A stretch of 64,000 bases of DNA, taken from Octopus sinensis (Eukaryota). Of the stretch, positions 12,175 through 24,654 are shown piece by piece. The translations under genes and the position numbers were made by a program. The stretch's first letter is position 1, and each line of letters begins with the position of its first letter. The DNA lies in contig NC_043014.1 of the NCBI RefSeq assembly GCF_006345805.1, forward strand, positions 49,228,001-49,292,000. Direction: 5' to 3'. A model generated the notes under the pieces. It had not been told where the DNA came from and ran no database searches. It saw nothing but the letters and a program-made list of their open reading frames with translations.

Positions 12175-12404
12175 TATTTCTTTATTACCCACAAGGGGCT
12201 AAACACAGAGGGGACAAACAAGGACAGACAGACGGATTAAGTCGATTACATCGACCCCAGTGCGTAACTGGTACTTAATTTATCGACCCTGAAAGGATGA
12301 AAGGCAAAGTTGACCTTGGCGGAATTTGAACTCAGAACGTAACGCAGACGAAATACCGCTAAGCATTTCGCCTGGCGTGCTAAAGTCTCTGCCAGCTCGC
12401 CGCC
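12175..12404 (-). mobile_element. SINE family B, full length, 15-bp TSD
   Basis: Head GGCGGCGAGCTGGCAG, central GACTTTGCCTTTCATCCTTTCGGGGTCGATAAATTAAGTACCAG; direct repeat GGTGTGGTAGATACT at 12160-12174 and 12405-12419. Confidence 0.9.
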
Positions 12405-12663
12405 GGTGTGGTAGATACTAATGTCATGTAGCTAGTACCCATGCCGGTGGCATATCAAAGCACCCGGTACGTTCAGGTTGTTGGCATCAGGAAGGACATC
12501 CGGCTTTAGAAACCATGCCAAAACAAGACAATTAGGGCCTAGTGCCAGGTCTTGTCAAACCATCCAACTCATGCCAGCATGGAAAATGGATCTTAAATGA
12601 TGAAGATGAGGAGGATGATGGTAATAATGATGATGATGATATAAAATGAATGAAAGCTCTTAC

Positions 12664-12781
12664 TTTAGTTGTGAAATGTAAATCTCCAATAAATTTACCC
12701 TCTAATGGCACAGGGTATCGCATTTCAAGATCTCCTTGGAGTTCTATGATTGTCCACTCAGGACAGGATTGACCCAATGAC
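12664..12781 (-). CDS. CHTF8: CTF8 coding exon 2
   Basis: CTACAG acceptor, GTAAGA donor; SLGQSCPEWTIIELQGDLEMRYPVPLEGKFIGDLHFTTK (Ctf8 EW..ELQG..GDL motif); phases fit exons 1 and 3. Confidence 0.95.
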
Positions 12782-12898
12782 CTGTAGCAAATTGAAAAAA
12801 AAAAAAAAAAAATTATAAAAACATAAAAGTTGTTATTTTGAAATCGATAAATTAGAAAAAGGTGCGGGTGGAAGGGAAGTTAAGGCAATAATTAGCAT

Positions 12899-13070
12899 AG
12901 GCGCAGGAGTGGCTGTGTGGTAAGTAGCTTGCTAACCAACCACATGGTTCCGGGTTCAGTCTCACTACGTGGCATCTTGGGCAAGTGTCTTCTGCTATAG
13001 CCCCGGGCCGACCAATGCCTTGTGAGTGGATTTGGTAGACGGAAACTGAAAGAAGCCTGTCGTATATATG

Positions 13071-13140
<70 letters not shown>

Positions 13141-13330
13141 CGTTTGTGTTTGTCTACCTAGCATTGCTTGACAACCGATGCTGGTGTGTTTACGTCCCCG
13201 TCACTTAGCGGTTCGGCAAAAGAGACCGATAGGATAAATACTGGGCTTACAAAGTCCCGGGGTCGATTTGCTCGACTAAAGGCAGTGCCCCAGCATGGCC
13301 GCAGTCAAATGACTGAAACAAGTAAAAAGA
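12899..13330 (+). mobile_element. SINE family A, full length
   Basis: Intronic copy 117 bp from CTF8 exon 2. Confidence 0.9.
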
Positions 13331-14299
13331 GAAAAAGAGATAGTGTAAGAAATTAATAATTACATATTAATGAATTTTCACTAATAATAATAATAACAAC
13401 AAGAGCACTCAGAGAGCACAAACCTCTGCCAAGGCAACACCAATATCCTCTCAACGATTAGCCAGAGATGATTTTTAAAATAGGAATATCTGAAATAAAC
13501 TCGACTGCTCTCACAAACGAGAATACTAAAAATGAAACCAACTGATCTCAAAAATTAAGAGAAAAAACAGGAGAAATAATCCAGAATCCTTGCCCACCTG
13601 TGCGAAAGTGGTACGAGAGCAACAAATTAAGTGGAACAGCTAAGTGAACTGGGCCATAGCAAACATATCTATTTACATTACAACTTAAATGTGAACACAG
13701 CAGATATGTAGGATATATGGAAATGGAAATCAAAAATGTCAAGTAGGAATGACAGCTCCATCTGCTACCAGCACCCTGGGTCATTAACTATTAGCCTGGT
13801 GCTGCTGAACCAAGTTTTACAGTGAAAATTCTGTCTCGGCAATATAAAATTCAGCATGAGAGACATTAGACTGTTAATTAAAACCAATTATATGGTGTGA
13901 CAATTACCATATTGTCCAGTTCACAGGGGTTCTGTTGTTAAAATCTATCTGCAATAAACTGGTTATATTGCTATAATACATAAAATATAATTTTTTTTTT
14001 TTTACGATTCCTAATATGGTAATGCTTTGATATATAAGTTAATTTATTTCCAGAGATCACTCATAAAGCGAAAACTCTTAAAGCAGAGCATAATTTCCGA
14101 TAGCAGCAATCATTCCCAGAAAAATATTTCCATTAGTAGCAATTGTGCATAGAAAAATATTATATCTATAAAATTTGATACTTGTAAATATATGGCAATA
14201 AAACAACAGTAAAATGTAAAGAATATTTTATGTAAAGTGAAAAGAATGTCAAGATCATTTATAATAAATATTATTATAATCGTTTTCTGAATCGCTTTC

Positions 14300-14570
14300 A
14301 CTCACATTAGACTCGCACACACTATCACTTGTAGATGCAGTCACCGATTCACAAGCATTTGTAGACAGACTTGTAGATTTCTTCTTAAAAAGACAAGTCT
14401 AGAGTTGTTTGCTTAGAAGAAGCTTTTTTTGCTCTCTATAAATTTCTTGGTAACACACAGAAGCATTTGTTATGATAGTTAAAAACTTCTGCACCTGGTT
14501 CAAAATTTGGATCATGTGCTTGAAAAATAAAACTCATAAACCCGGGTTCTCGTAAAGTGAGGTATTACTG
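14300..14570 (-). mobile_element. Possible pogo/Tigger element end
   Basis: Minus strand begins TA|CAGTAATACCTCACTTTACG, a Tigger-like TIR; no ORF confirmed and the left boundary is a guess. Confidence 0.35.
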
Positions 14571-15067
14571 TATTTAATTATAAAAATATAGTAGGGTTTT
14601 TTAAACATCAAATGGCCATGAGGGTCCATCTGAGTAAAATAGGAATCAAAGGGGTCCACAAGTAAAAAAAAAACAGTCAAGAACCATCAGTATGTATGTA
14701 GCTTGCTTACCAACCACATGGTTCCAGGTTGAGTCCCACTGCGTAGCATCTTGGGCAAGTGTCTTCCACTATAGCCTCAGGCTGACCAAAGCCTTGTGAG
14801 TGGATTTGGTAGAATGAAACTGAAAGAAGCCAGTCATATATATATATATATATATATGTATATATCGGTTGGCCATGCTGGAGCACTGCCTTTAGTCGAG
14901 CAAATCAACCCCAGGTCTTATTCTTTGTAAGCCTAGTACTTATTCTATCAGTCTCTTTTGCCGAACCGCTAAATTACAGGGACGTAAACACACCACCATC
15001 GGTTCTCAAACGATGTTGGGGGCACAAACACAGACACACAAACATACACACACACACACACACACAA

Positions 15068-15124
<57 letters not shown>

Positions 15125-15673
15125 CATACACATATACGACAGGCTTCTTTCAGTTTCTGCCTACCAAATCCACTCACCATGTGGTTCGTAAGCAAGCTAC
15201 TTACCACACAGTCACTCCTATGCCTATAGAATACAAATTTCTTAACAACACAGCCAATTCTGTACTTATACAATTCTATACAAAAAATGCTTAGCAGAAT
15301 TTTGTGTGACTGAAAAGTTCTAAGTTCAAATTCCTCCGAGGTCAACTTTGCCTTTCATCCTTGATAAAATAAGTACAATTTGAGCACTAGGGTTCATGTA
15401 ATCAACTTGCCCTCCCCCTAAATAGCTGGCCTTGTGCTAAAATTTGAAACCAATATTTCTATACAGGTGAACTGGCAGAATTGTTAGCATGCTGGACAAA
15501 ATACTCAGCAGCATTTCTTCTAGCTTTTTGTTCCAAGTTCTGCCAAGGATGCCTTTCCTTTCCATCCCTTCACAGTCAGTAAAAGAAGTACCCGTTGAGC
15601 ACCGGAGTTGATGTAATTGACTAGACCACACCCCAGCAAAAAACCTCAGGCTTTGTATCTAGAGTAAAATAAA

Positions 15674-16062
15674 TCTCTCTATATATAAAGCTGAAGTTGT
15701 CTGTGTGTGGCAGGTTTGGTAGCCTTCAACTAACACTATCTCCTCCGACACCCTGCGGCACAAGTTGACCAAAATTGAAAGTATGATAGAAGAAGGCTTG
15801 CTATTCATTCCATACAAGAAAAATTCAAATCGGACCATGTTAACACCAAATTATTTACATCAAAAAGGCGCTTTTTTCTATGAAAATCCCTATTTTTTAC
15901 GATTTTTTTTACTGCTGTGTCGCCATTTTTCAGTGTATTTCAACCAGAAAAATGTACACTTAAAGAGAATAACAAGCTACATAAAGCAAAATTTTTACTT
16001 TTCAAAAATTCCAATTCTAAAGGGTCGAAACAAACCTGAGCAACGCCGGGCAGTACTGCTAG
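15674..16062 (+). mobile_element. Non-autonomous Helitron
   Basis: A|TC start, hairpin CCTGAGCAACGCCGGG, CTAG|T end; same family as 29284-29664. Confidence 0.75.
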
Positions 16063-16344
16063 TAAATAGATAAAATAAAAGACAATTTCTGTATGGGTAT
16101 AAGTGTAAGAGTGGTATAGCTGTTGACCTATATTAGACTGTGACGGTACAATGTCATTGACCTATAAAGGTTAGATAATATCATATATTCTATTTCTGCA
16201 CCAAAAACAGGTTCTGGAGACACAAAATATACCTCAGAGATAAATTACATTCACAGTTTCATTTGCGTAATACATGCGCGCACGCACATACACACACACG
16301 CTCTATCTATCTATCTATCTAACTTATCTATCTATACAAACACA

Positions 16345-16384
<40 letters not shown>

Positions 16385-16716
16385 CACATATACATATATA
16401 CACACATATACATACATATATATGTATACACACACATATACATATATGCATACACACACATATACATATATGCATACACACATTCATATATGCACACACA
16501 CATACATATATGCACACACTCATATACATATATGCATACACACACATATAAACATACATATATAGATTTATGTACATTCCTTTATGTACACTGATTTGTT
16601 CTGCTTTTTTACGTTTAACCCTACAGTCTCTTATGTGGTGGTTTAATAAAGTATGTGATTGAGTATTATCTGGTAATTGATATTTGATTTACATGTATTT
16701 CTCCATTTTCTGATCT

Positions 16717-16760
<44 letters not shown>

Positions 16761-17059
16761 CATACATACACTATTTTATTGAAGCTGAAAAAAATAATAG
16801 TGTCTTAATCTACTTTTGTTATTCAAGTAGCTCTTCTTCACCTTGTTTAGTACCTATGTACTCACATGTATTTATGTGTGTGTACATCTATCTACATACA
16901 TTTATTGATTAATATTTAACGAAAGTGACTCAGGGGTCAAGAGTTTCGTACAGTAGCACTTAACAAACTTCGAAGCACTATGTGTGTGTGTGTGTGTATA
17001 TACCCATATATAAACTCATAATATACACTCCTGTTTTGAGTTTTATTTTTCCTGTTTGC

Positions 17060-18167
17060 ACCACCAAACCTACACACACAACGAGCTTCTCTCAGTTTCC
17101 ATTTACCAAATCCACTCATAAGGCTTTGGCTGGTCTGTGGTTATAGTAGAAGCTACTTGCCAAAGTACCAGGGATTGAACTCAGAACCGTGTGGCTGGGA
17201 AACAAACCTCTTACCACACAGCCAACACTCTATACCAGCTGCCATCACATCAACCCTTTAGTATTTAAATCAACCATGTCCAGCTCAGATGTTCAACCTG
17301 CTCAATGTCCAATCTGGCTAAATTCAACCTCTCACACCTACCCTGCAATGCCGCTGTCAAAATAAACAATCACGTCATGAAAATCTTGAAGCTGTGAGAT
17401 AACATTCTTTTATTCTTTTATTTGTTTCAGTCATGTGACTGTGGCCATGCTGGAGCACTGCCTTTAGTGGAACAAATTGACCCCAGGACTTATTCTTTGT
17501 AAGCTTAGTACTTATTCTATTGGTCTCTTTTACTGAACCGCTAAGTTACGGGGATGTAAACACACAAACATTGGTTGTCAGGTAATAGTGGGGTAACAAA
17601 TGCAGACACACAAACATATACATACATATACTCTTTTACTTGTTTCAGTCATTTGGCTGCGGCCATGCTGGAGCACCGCCTTTAGTCAAGCACATCGACC
17701 CCAGGACTTATTCTTTGTAAGCCCAGTACTTATTCTATCGGTCTCTTTTGCCGAACTGTTAAGTTATGGGGACGTAGACACACCAGCATCGGTTGTCAAG
17801 CGATGTTAGGGGACAAACACACACACACAAACATATACACACTTATACATACATATATATGACGGGCTTCCTTCGGTTTCTGCCTACCAAATCCATTCAC
17901 AAGGCTTTATTCGGCCCGAGGCGATAGAAGACACTTGCCCAAGGTGCCACACAGTGTGACTGAACCCAGAACCATGTGGTTGGTAAGCAAGCTACTTACC
18001 ACACAACCACTCTTGATGGGCTTCTTCCAGTTTCCATTTACCAAATCCACTCACAAGGCTTTGGTTGGCCTGAGGCCGTAGAAGAAGACACTTGCCTAAG
18101 GTGCCATGCAGTGGGACTGAACCCGGAACTATGTGGTTGGTAAGCAAGCAACTTACCACACAGCCAC
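17060..18167 (-). mobile_element. Cluster of four SINE A copies or fragments in the same orientation
   Basis: Repeated SINE A body, tail and head segments at about 17060-17230, 17410-17600, 17630-18012, 18016-18167. Confidence 0.8.
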
Positions 18168-18616
18168 TGATGATTAATTCAAAACAATGTGAAGAAATAA
18201 GCATTACAGCTGTCAGAGTAATTCTGAATGCTAAAAGGTTAAACCTATTTTGTACATACTTTTACAACACCATCACCTGGTACCCCCTCTCTTTCTCTCA
18301 CCTCAAGAATGATAAAATCTTACCTGTTTCACCATTGCACTAAAATGGTTGTCCTCAGAGAGAATGATAACAGTGTAATATTAATTGGAATTCCTTAGCT
18401 AACTTTATCAAGATTGTTAATACTTACTTGGCTAATATATTTAAATATATTCATTGAATCATTTTTTTATTCTTTTGTTACTCTGTTGCACTCTTTCAAA
18501 TATTTTCTGTTGAAGTACATTGCCTTCGTTTAAATTAAATTATGAAAATAACAAAGAGTTTATTGAAATAACTAATTAAGCTGGCCTTGGGCTAAAATTT
18601 GAAACCAATATTTCTA

Positions 18617-19110
18617 TGGGCGCAGGAGTGGCTGTGGGTTCAGTCCCACTGTGTTGCACCTTGGGCAAGTGTCTTCTACTATGGCCTTGGGCCGACCAAA
18701 GCCTTGTGAGTGGATTTGGTAGACGGAAACTGAAAGAAGCTTGTCATATATATATATATATGCGTGTGTGTGTTTGTGTGTCTGTGTTTGTCCCCCTAGC
18801 ATTGCTTGACAACCAATGCTAGTGTGTTTATGTCCCCGTTACTTAGCAGTTTGGCAAAAGAGGCCGATAGAATAAGTGCTAGGCTTATCATCATCATCGT
18901 TTAACGTCCGCTTTCCATGCTAGCATGGGTTGGACGGTTCAACTGGGGTCTGGGGAGCCCGAAGGCTGCACCAGGTCAGTCAGATCTGGCAGTGTTTCTA
19001 CAGCTGGATGCCCTTCCTAACAAAAGAATAAGTCCAGGGGTCGAGTTGCTCGATTAAAAAGGTGGTGTTCCAGCATGGCTGCAGTCAAATGACTGAAACA
19101 AGTAAAAGAG
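18617..19110 (+). mobile_element. SINE family A with nested RTE-tail insertion (18888-19020, minus)
   Basis: SINE sequence AGGCTTA^CAAAAGAATAAG is split by TCATCATCATCGTTTAACG...CCCTTCCTAA. Confidence 0.85.
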
Positions 19111-19216
19111 AAAGAGAGAAAAGAGAGAGGTGAACTGGCGAAATTGTTAGCACGCTAGACAAAATTCTCAGCAGCGTATATATTTAGGTTGTAACATTGC
19201 AAATTAATCACCCATA

Positions 19217-19520
19217 TTTTTTTTTTATTAGTCTCAGGTCAAAGCTGTGGCCATGCTGGGGCACCACCATTTTGCTACACTGTTATTATTGAGAGCCTTC
19301 TCTAATATGTGGTATTTGGTGAATAAGGAAGTTTGATGTCTATACCTTCATTCTCACCTCCTGCTGTGAGGTAGGTTCATCTGGGACTCTCGACAGGAAG
19401 AGATCCAGTTTTGATTTGAAAACGCCTACATTCACTTTGTGTAGGTCTCTCAGGTTCTTTGGGAGAATATTAAAAAGCTGTGGGCCTCTGAAACCCGTTT
19501 TGATGCCACCCCACTGGCTA
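19217..19520 (-). mobile_element. CR1/L2-group LINE 3' end
   Basis: Translation GFRGPQLFNILPKNLRDLHKVNVGVFKSKLDLFLSRVPDEP resembles LINE ORF2 C-termini; 3' UTR ends GGTGGTGCCCCAGCATGGCCACAGC...AATAAAAAAAA. Confidence 0.65.
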
Positions 19521-20135
19521 CGCCATGCAGTCCAACATTCTCCTTGATCAGAAAGTAGTCCACCACAGAGTTACTCATTTACAGCTATGCGGACTGGAGC
19601 AACAGGATATGAAGTGTTTTGCTGAAGAGCACAATGTGTTGCTCAGTCTGAGAATTGAACTATCTGGCAATTGTAAGCGCAACACCCTAACCACCAGGCC
19701 ACACACACACAGGTGTGTGTGTGTCTCTTTGTTTTGACATCATGCAATGGTTGTAAATGAGCATCGCCCTCATGCAAGAGACATCGATTCCAGTTTTAGT
19801 TGAAGAACATGTCTGGCCATGGGAAAATTGATGATGATGATGATGACGAAGCAAGAAAATGTTATCAAAAGTAATCGCAGGCAGATGAGTGACCATGTTG
19901 ACTTGTTAACCTGCCTCGAAAACAATTCTTGTATTCTAAACCGAAAGAAGGAAAATGATAAAAAAAAAAAAAAGGACGAAAGAAAGAAATAAGGATTAGT
20001 TGAAGTCCTGCAACATCGCCAGGACAAACTGGGAAGAACTGGTGACAGACCTTTTAAGGGTGGAGACAATCACTTCATCGGGGAACCGAACGTTTTTGAA
20101 AAAGAAAGAACGGAATATTTTGGAGAAAAATAATG

Positions 20136-20540
20136 GGATCTTTTCGGTTTGAATGGCAGTTTTTTCTAGCGGTGTCATATGAAATTTTTACCCATAATTA
20201 TGACCCTAGTATCGATCTATTGCATTTCAATCTGTTTTAGGGTTAGGGGAAGGGTATATTTTTTTTCTTCACAAATGTAAATAAACCCAATCTGTTTCTT
20301 ACACGAGGTACATATTCATACGGCACAGAATGCTTTTTACCTCAATAGACGTCATTGATTGGTTGAAATTGAAGAAATTGAAGAAAAAAAACAACAAATA
20401 TCTTACAAACTATAGAATTTTCTCAAAAAAGCCAAGAGAAAATTATGTTTTATAAACACATTCTACCAGTATATGAAGTTTAAAAGTGTTTAGTTAACTA
20501 GAAATTATGTTAAAAACTGCCGTTCAAACCGAAAAGATCC
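20136..20540. mobile_element. Merlin-like MITE
   Basis: 28-bp TIR GGATCTTTTCGGTTTGAA(T/C)GGCAGTTTT; 8-bp TSD AAATAATG at 20128-20135 and 20541-20548. Superfamily inferred from GG-start TIR and TSD length. Confidence 0.75.
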
Positions 20541-21689
20541 AAATAATGAATGAAAGAAAAGTGCTGCAAACTTTAGACACCCCAAAAACTCATTATGTCA
20601 CAACTTGGCAGTGTAGAAAAAATTCTACGGCATCAAGGCGCTGAGACTATCATCTTCGCCAGCGACGAAAGGCCACAATGACGGCTTGCATCTGTGCAGC
20701 GCTTGTAATCGAGACAATTGAATTTTTAGTTATTAAAGTAGGGCAGTGGCGGTGGAGGTAGACCATTTGAACTAATTTTAGAGGAACAGAAGCAAGCAAG
20801 CAACATCTGGAGGTGGAGAGACACAGACAGACTTATATTTGATTTTATCGTCATAAAGTCTAAAACAGCAGATAGTATCCAGTCACGGGAAGAACTTGGA
20901 AGGTAAATAACAAAATTATTAAGTCATAGTTGTCGATCGCAATTCCATTCACTTACATAATAATAAGATGCATTTTCATGTAAATCGATTTGCCGTACTT
21001 GACTGCTGCCTTGTTTAATTAACCCCGAAAAGATGAAAGGCAGAGTTTACCTGGGCGGGATTCGAACCCGGAATGTAAACAGCCACAACTAAATACCACG
21101 AGGTACACTAATGATAGAAAAAAATCCCTCAGTCTGTCAGTATTTGAGATTTAAAGAACAAATATTAAAACAAGTGCCCTCTCTCTCAACTAGCACACAC
21201 ACACACACATCATATATATATATATATACACATACACACACGGACTCGGCGCAGTCAATGCAGCGATCAATTACAAAGCAGTGTAACATAAAATGTCCCT
21301 GTAATTGAAAATCCAAATGATAAATGATTCGCTTGGATTTCTTCACACATGAAGAAAGGTGTGGAACGAGCGTAACCTTACGGAAGTCATGTGGTTAAAA
21401 ATAATTCTATATTCCGTTTTTACACATCCTTGGACTATATGTTCTCTCTCTATATATATAATTTACTTAATTAACGTTATATTTAAACTAATAATTAAAA
21501 TAACGTCGCTATTGTTATTGTTTTTTTTTTCTCACACAGTTTACATTGATAGAAATGTAATACAAAAAGTTGTTCAACCGTGTGTCAGAATTGATCCCGC
21601 ACACTTACAATGGAAAATGTTGCTATTATTCTTCCATTTTTTTTTTTATATATCATCCAGACTTATATATCTATCATTACATTATGCAA

Positions 21690-22110
21690 GGCGGCGAGCT
21701 GGCAGAAACGTTAGCACGTCGGGCGAAATGCTTTGTGGTATTTCGTCCGCCGCTGTGTTCTGAGTTCAAATTCAGCCGAGGTCGAGTTTGCCTTTCATCC
21801 TTTTAGGGTCGATTAAACAAGTACCAGTTACGCACTGGAGTCGATATAATCGACTTAATCAATCCGTTCGTCTGTCCTTGTTTGCCCTCTCTGTGTTTAG
21901 CTCCTTGTAGGTAGTAAAGAAATAGGTATTTCGCCCGTCGTTCTGAGTTCAAATTTCGCCAAGGTCGACTTTGCCTTTCATCCTTTCGGGGTCGATAGAT
22001 TAAGTACTAGTTACGCACTGGAGTCGATGTAATCGACTTAATCCGTTTGCCTGTCCTTGTTTGTCCCCTCTATGTTTAGCCCCTTGTGGGTAGTAAAGAA
22101 ATATATATCT
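21690..22110 (+). mobile_element. SINE family B, tandem dimer
   Basis: Full copy followed directly by a second body lacking the head start; similar dimers at 26630-27030, 34380-34765 and 42570-42955. Confidence 0.85.
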
Positions 22111-22802
22111 AGCATTACATTATGCAATGTGTTCTTCCCACTTCTAAAAGACGTTGGATAGTGGTTCTGAACCAGGGTCCATATAAAATTTTGTTGTTGA
22201 AATTTACGCGCAATAAATACACAAAATATATTAACAAATTTTTTTTACAATTCCTAATAATATTTAATTATAAAAATAAGGATTTTAAAAGATGAGGGTT
22301 TACCCAAGTACAATAGGAATCAAATGGGTAAGTTTGAAGGAGATTTAGCTGTTTTTTCTCGCAGATCGAGCGACCATATACAGATTCCTGGTTTCATTTT
22401 TGGGGATATTTGAAGTGACAGAGCAACTTTCCATAATTTTTAAGTCATGGATTTTTTTCATAAAACTTTAAAAATCTCCAATTACGTGGTAATTACTTAT
22501 GAGCTATTACTATAGCTAAGCGAGTTTAATTAGCGAATCAACTTAATTGAATACAACCTCAAACGCTGCCGAGGGCACTTATTCGTTCCGAAGATCACGA
22601 AGAAGAAAGGCAAGCCCTCATCAGCTGCTATGTAAACGATGGACTGGCGCACTTGGAGGTTAATCATATGGTGTCCTGACTGACTCTTTCCTCACACTCC
22701 TGCACCATCGATACCACAAAAATTTAGTATTATTCCCATCAAGTATTCTAGTTATAATTAGAAGAATGGTAAACAATTAATAATCAGGGATATTAAATAG
22801 TG

Positions 22803-22968
22803 GGTACTACTTGAGAACAGTGGTCCCGGTGCGCGCACTCGCGCTAGCTAGTCATGACTAGTCGATCCTACAACGACTACCTAGCAAAGTAAATAAAACA
22901 CAAAGTAAGGATCGACTAGTCATGACTAGCGAGTGCGCGCACCGGGACCACTGTTCTCAAGTAGTACC
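22803..22968. mobile_element. Mutator-like MITE (long palindrome)
   Basis: About 60-bp TIRs GGTACTACTTGAGAACAGTGGTCCCGGTGCGCGCACTCG...; 9-bp TSD TAAATAGTG at 22794-22802 and 22969-22977. Confidence 0.8.
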
Positions 22969-23957
22969 TAAATAGTGTATAATAAATTACTGTTTCCTTC
23001 GACTTGTTACTTTCGTCAAATGAGTGTGTGTTTATTCAGATTTGTTGAACGGATGAAAGACAATGTCACAAACTCACTCATGACGTCATAGACTTTTACC
23101 GAAAGATTACCAACTACTGTAATGGCATATTTAGAATATTTTACGAAATGCCTAGCTCTATGTCACGTTCTTAATTATATTGGACGTTTCTACTTCTTCA
23201 TCGGTAGAACAATTACAGATTTATGAATATTCAAATATTTATCAACCAGCTTTGTTTGTTAACTAATTGCTTTTGAAACCATTGACGGCCCTTTGTGCTT
23301 TTGAAACCAACGACGGCCCCTTGGGAAAATGAAATCGTTCGATTTGCTAGAAATAGAAACCATATAGCCATCAAATGAATCCTAAACGCATTAAAGGTTG
23401 AGATGGATGAAGGGCAGGTGAGATCTGCGTAGCTAAATTGCTTTGGGCCACAGGTTTATTGAATTAGGGCTAGACTATTGTTAAACAATAACAAACTATC
23501 AAAACATGTTTGTTCCTGTCGCCGTGTTTGTTTCACAAAGTATCAATGTCTAAGATCGCCTCGACACTTTTAGGAGAGCGAGCAGAGTATTAGTAGACGA
23601 TATCGACCCATAATTTAATTGCCAGTTGACTTTATCGGCCCGAGACGGGATGAACGAAAACAGCTGGAGCTATTTTGGAGATATTTTGACTGACGCTCCG
23701 ACACTTCTGCCAATCTACATACATACCTACTTCACTCGTAGAAATAACAGCCAAATATCCATTATATTACGCTATTGTTTTAATCTTTTTAAAATAATGG
23801 ATGAACACGTAAGCCAAATATAATCCAAGGCAATGCTATGAATGGGCCTCAACAAGTTTTGTCACTTAGACTACAAACAAGAAACCAGTGAAATATAATA
23901 TAACAGGCAAATAAAGAATATGTATTAATTTACAATGTTTGAGTTTAAAATACTTAC

Positions 23958-23980
23958 ATTTTTATACATATTTGGACCAT
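23958..23980 (-). CDS. CHTF8: CTF8 coding exon 1
   Basis: ATG GTC CAA ATA TGT ATA AAA AT|GTAAGT = MVQICIK (human begins MVQIVI); phase-2 junction completes with exon 2; total 369 nt = 122 aa plus stop. Confidence 0.9.
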
Positions 23981-24138
23981 CTTCTTCTTCTTTTTTCAGC
24001 CTAAAATTGCGGGAGATCAATCACAGACACACATTTAATTAAGGCGGGTGTTGAAGCAACATACGCCGATTGGTTGTTTATTGTCACGTGGATATTGTCA
24101 CGTGGTGACCCTATCAAGTTCATTGACAAACATTGAAG
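23981..24138. promoter_or_regulatory. Putative bidirectional promoter for CTF8 and HDAC10-like
   Basis: 158 bp between the CTF8 ATG and a plus-strand AG|GTAAGT donor; contains GGCGGG-like box, ATTGG (24069-24073) and two GTCACGTGG E-boxes. Confidence 0.65.
24106..24138 (+). other. HDAC10: Probable non-coding exon 1 of the HDAC10-like gene (start unknown)
   Basis: Consensus donor GAAG|GTAAGT at 24138/24139 directly downstream of the promoter motifs. Confidence 0.5.
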
Positions 24139-24240
24139 GTAAGTCGTAGTAAATGGTTTGTTTTACGAACTGTTTATCTTCTCCACGGAGAATATTTAAA
24201 AGAAAAAAACTATTGATCATTTACACTACCAGAACAGTGA

Positions 24241-24654
24241 TCGCGATAGGATCCTTTGTCTCGGGCCCCGGCTTGCTCACTTACTTCAGATATCATCTGA
24301 AGAGCAAAATGGGGCTGGAAAAGAGGAACTTACCACGGGGTGTGTATGAGAAAAGATGGAAGGAAGTGGAAAAAAAGGTGGGTGTCAGAAACCCAGCTTA
24401 ACTATGGAGGGAGGAGAGGAAACAAAAGCTGCGGGGCCTTATAAATTGCCGGGGTTTGAAACTTCGGTAAGATCAAAAGGTTATGAACTGTGATAAGATT
24501 CTATTGGTCACGTAAAGGATAATTTATAGACGAATTTTTTAATCCAAATGTTATGGAAAAATTTTTAAATCGAACCTCTTAATTATTTGTTTTGCATGTA
24601 TGTTATGTATTTGTAATTCTATGTAAACGATTGTATAATCGTAATAAAGAAATT
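24241..24654 (+). mobile_element. 5'-truncated Tx1/L1-like LINE with 16-bp TSD
   Basis: ACTACCAGAACAGTGA at 24225-24240 and 24655-24670; ORF end GPGLLTYFRYHLKSKMGLEKRNLPRGVYEKRWKEV* resembles Tx1 ORF2 C-termini; ends AATAAAGAAATT. Confidence 0.7.

Noticed and set aside
16274-16594. His/Tyr/Ile, poly-Asp/Ser, poly-Asn and similar ORFs throughout (e.g. 30123-30558, 34972-35373, 38795-39497, 59773-60757, 61045-62224)
   Set aside because: Translations of micro- and minisatellites inside introns.
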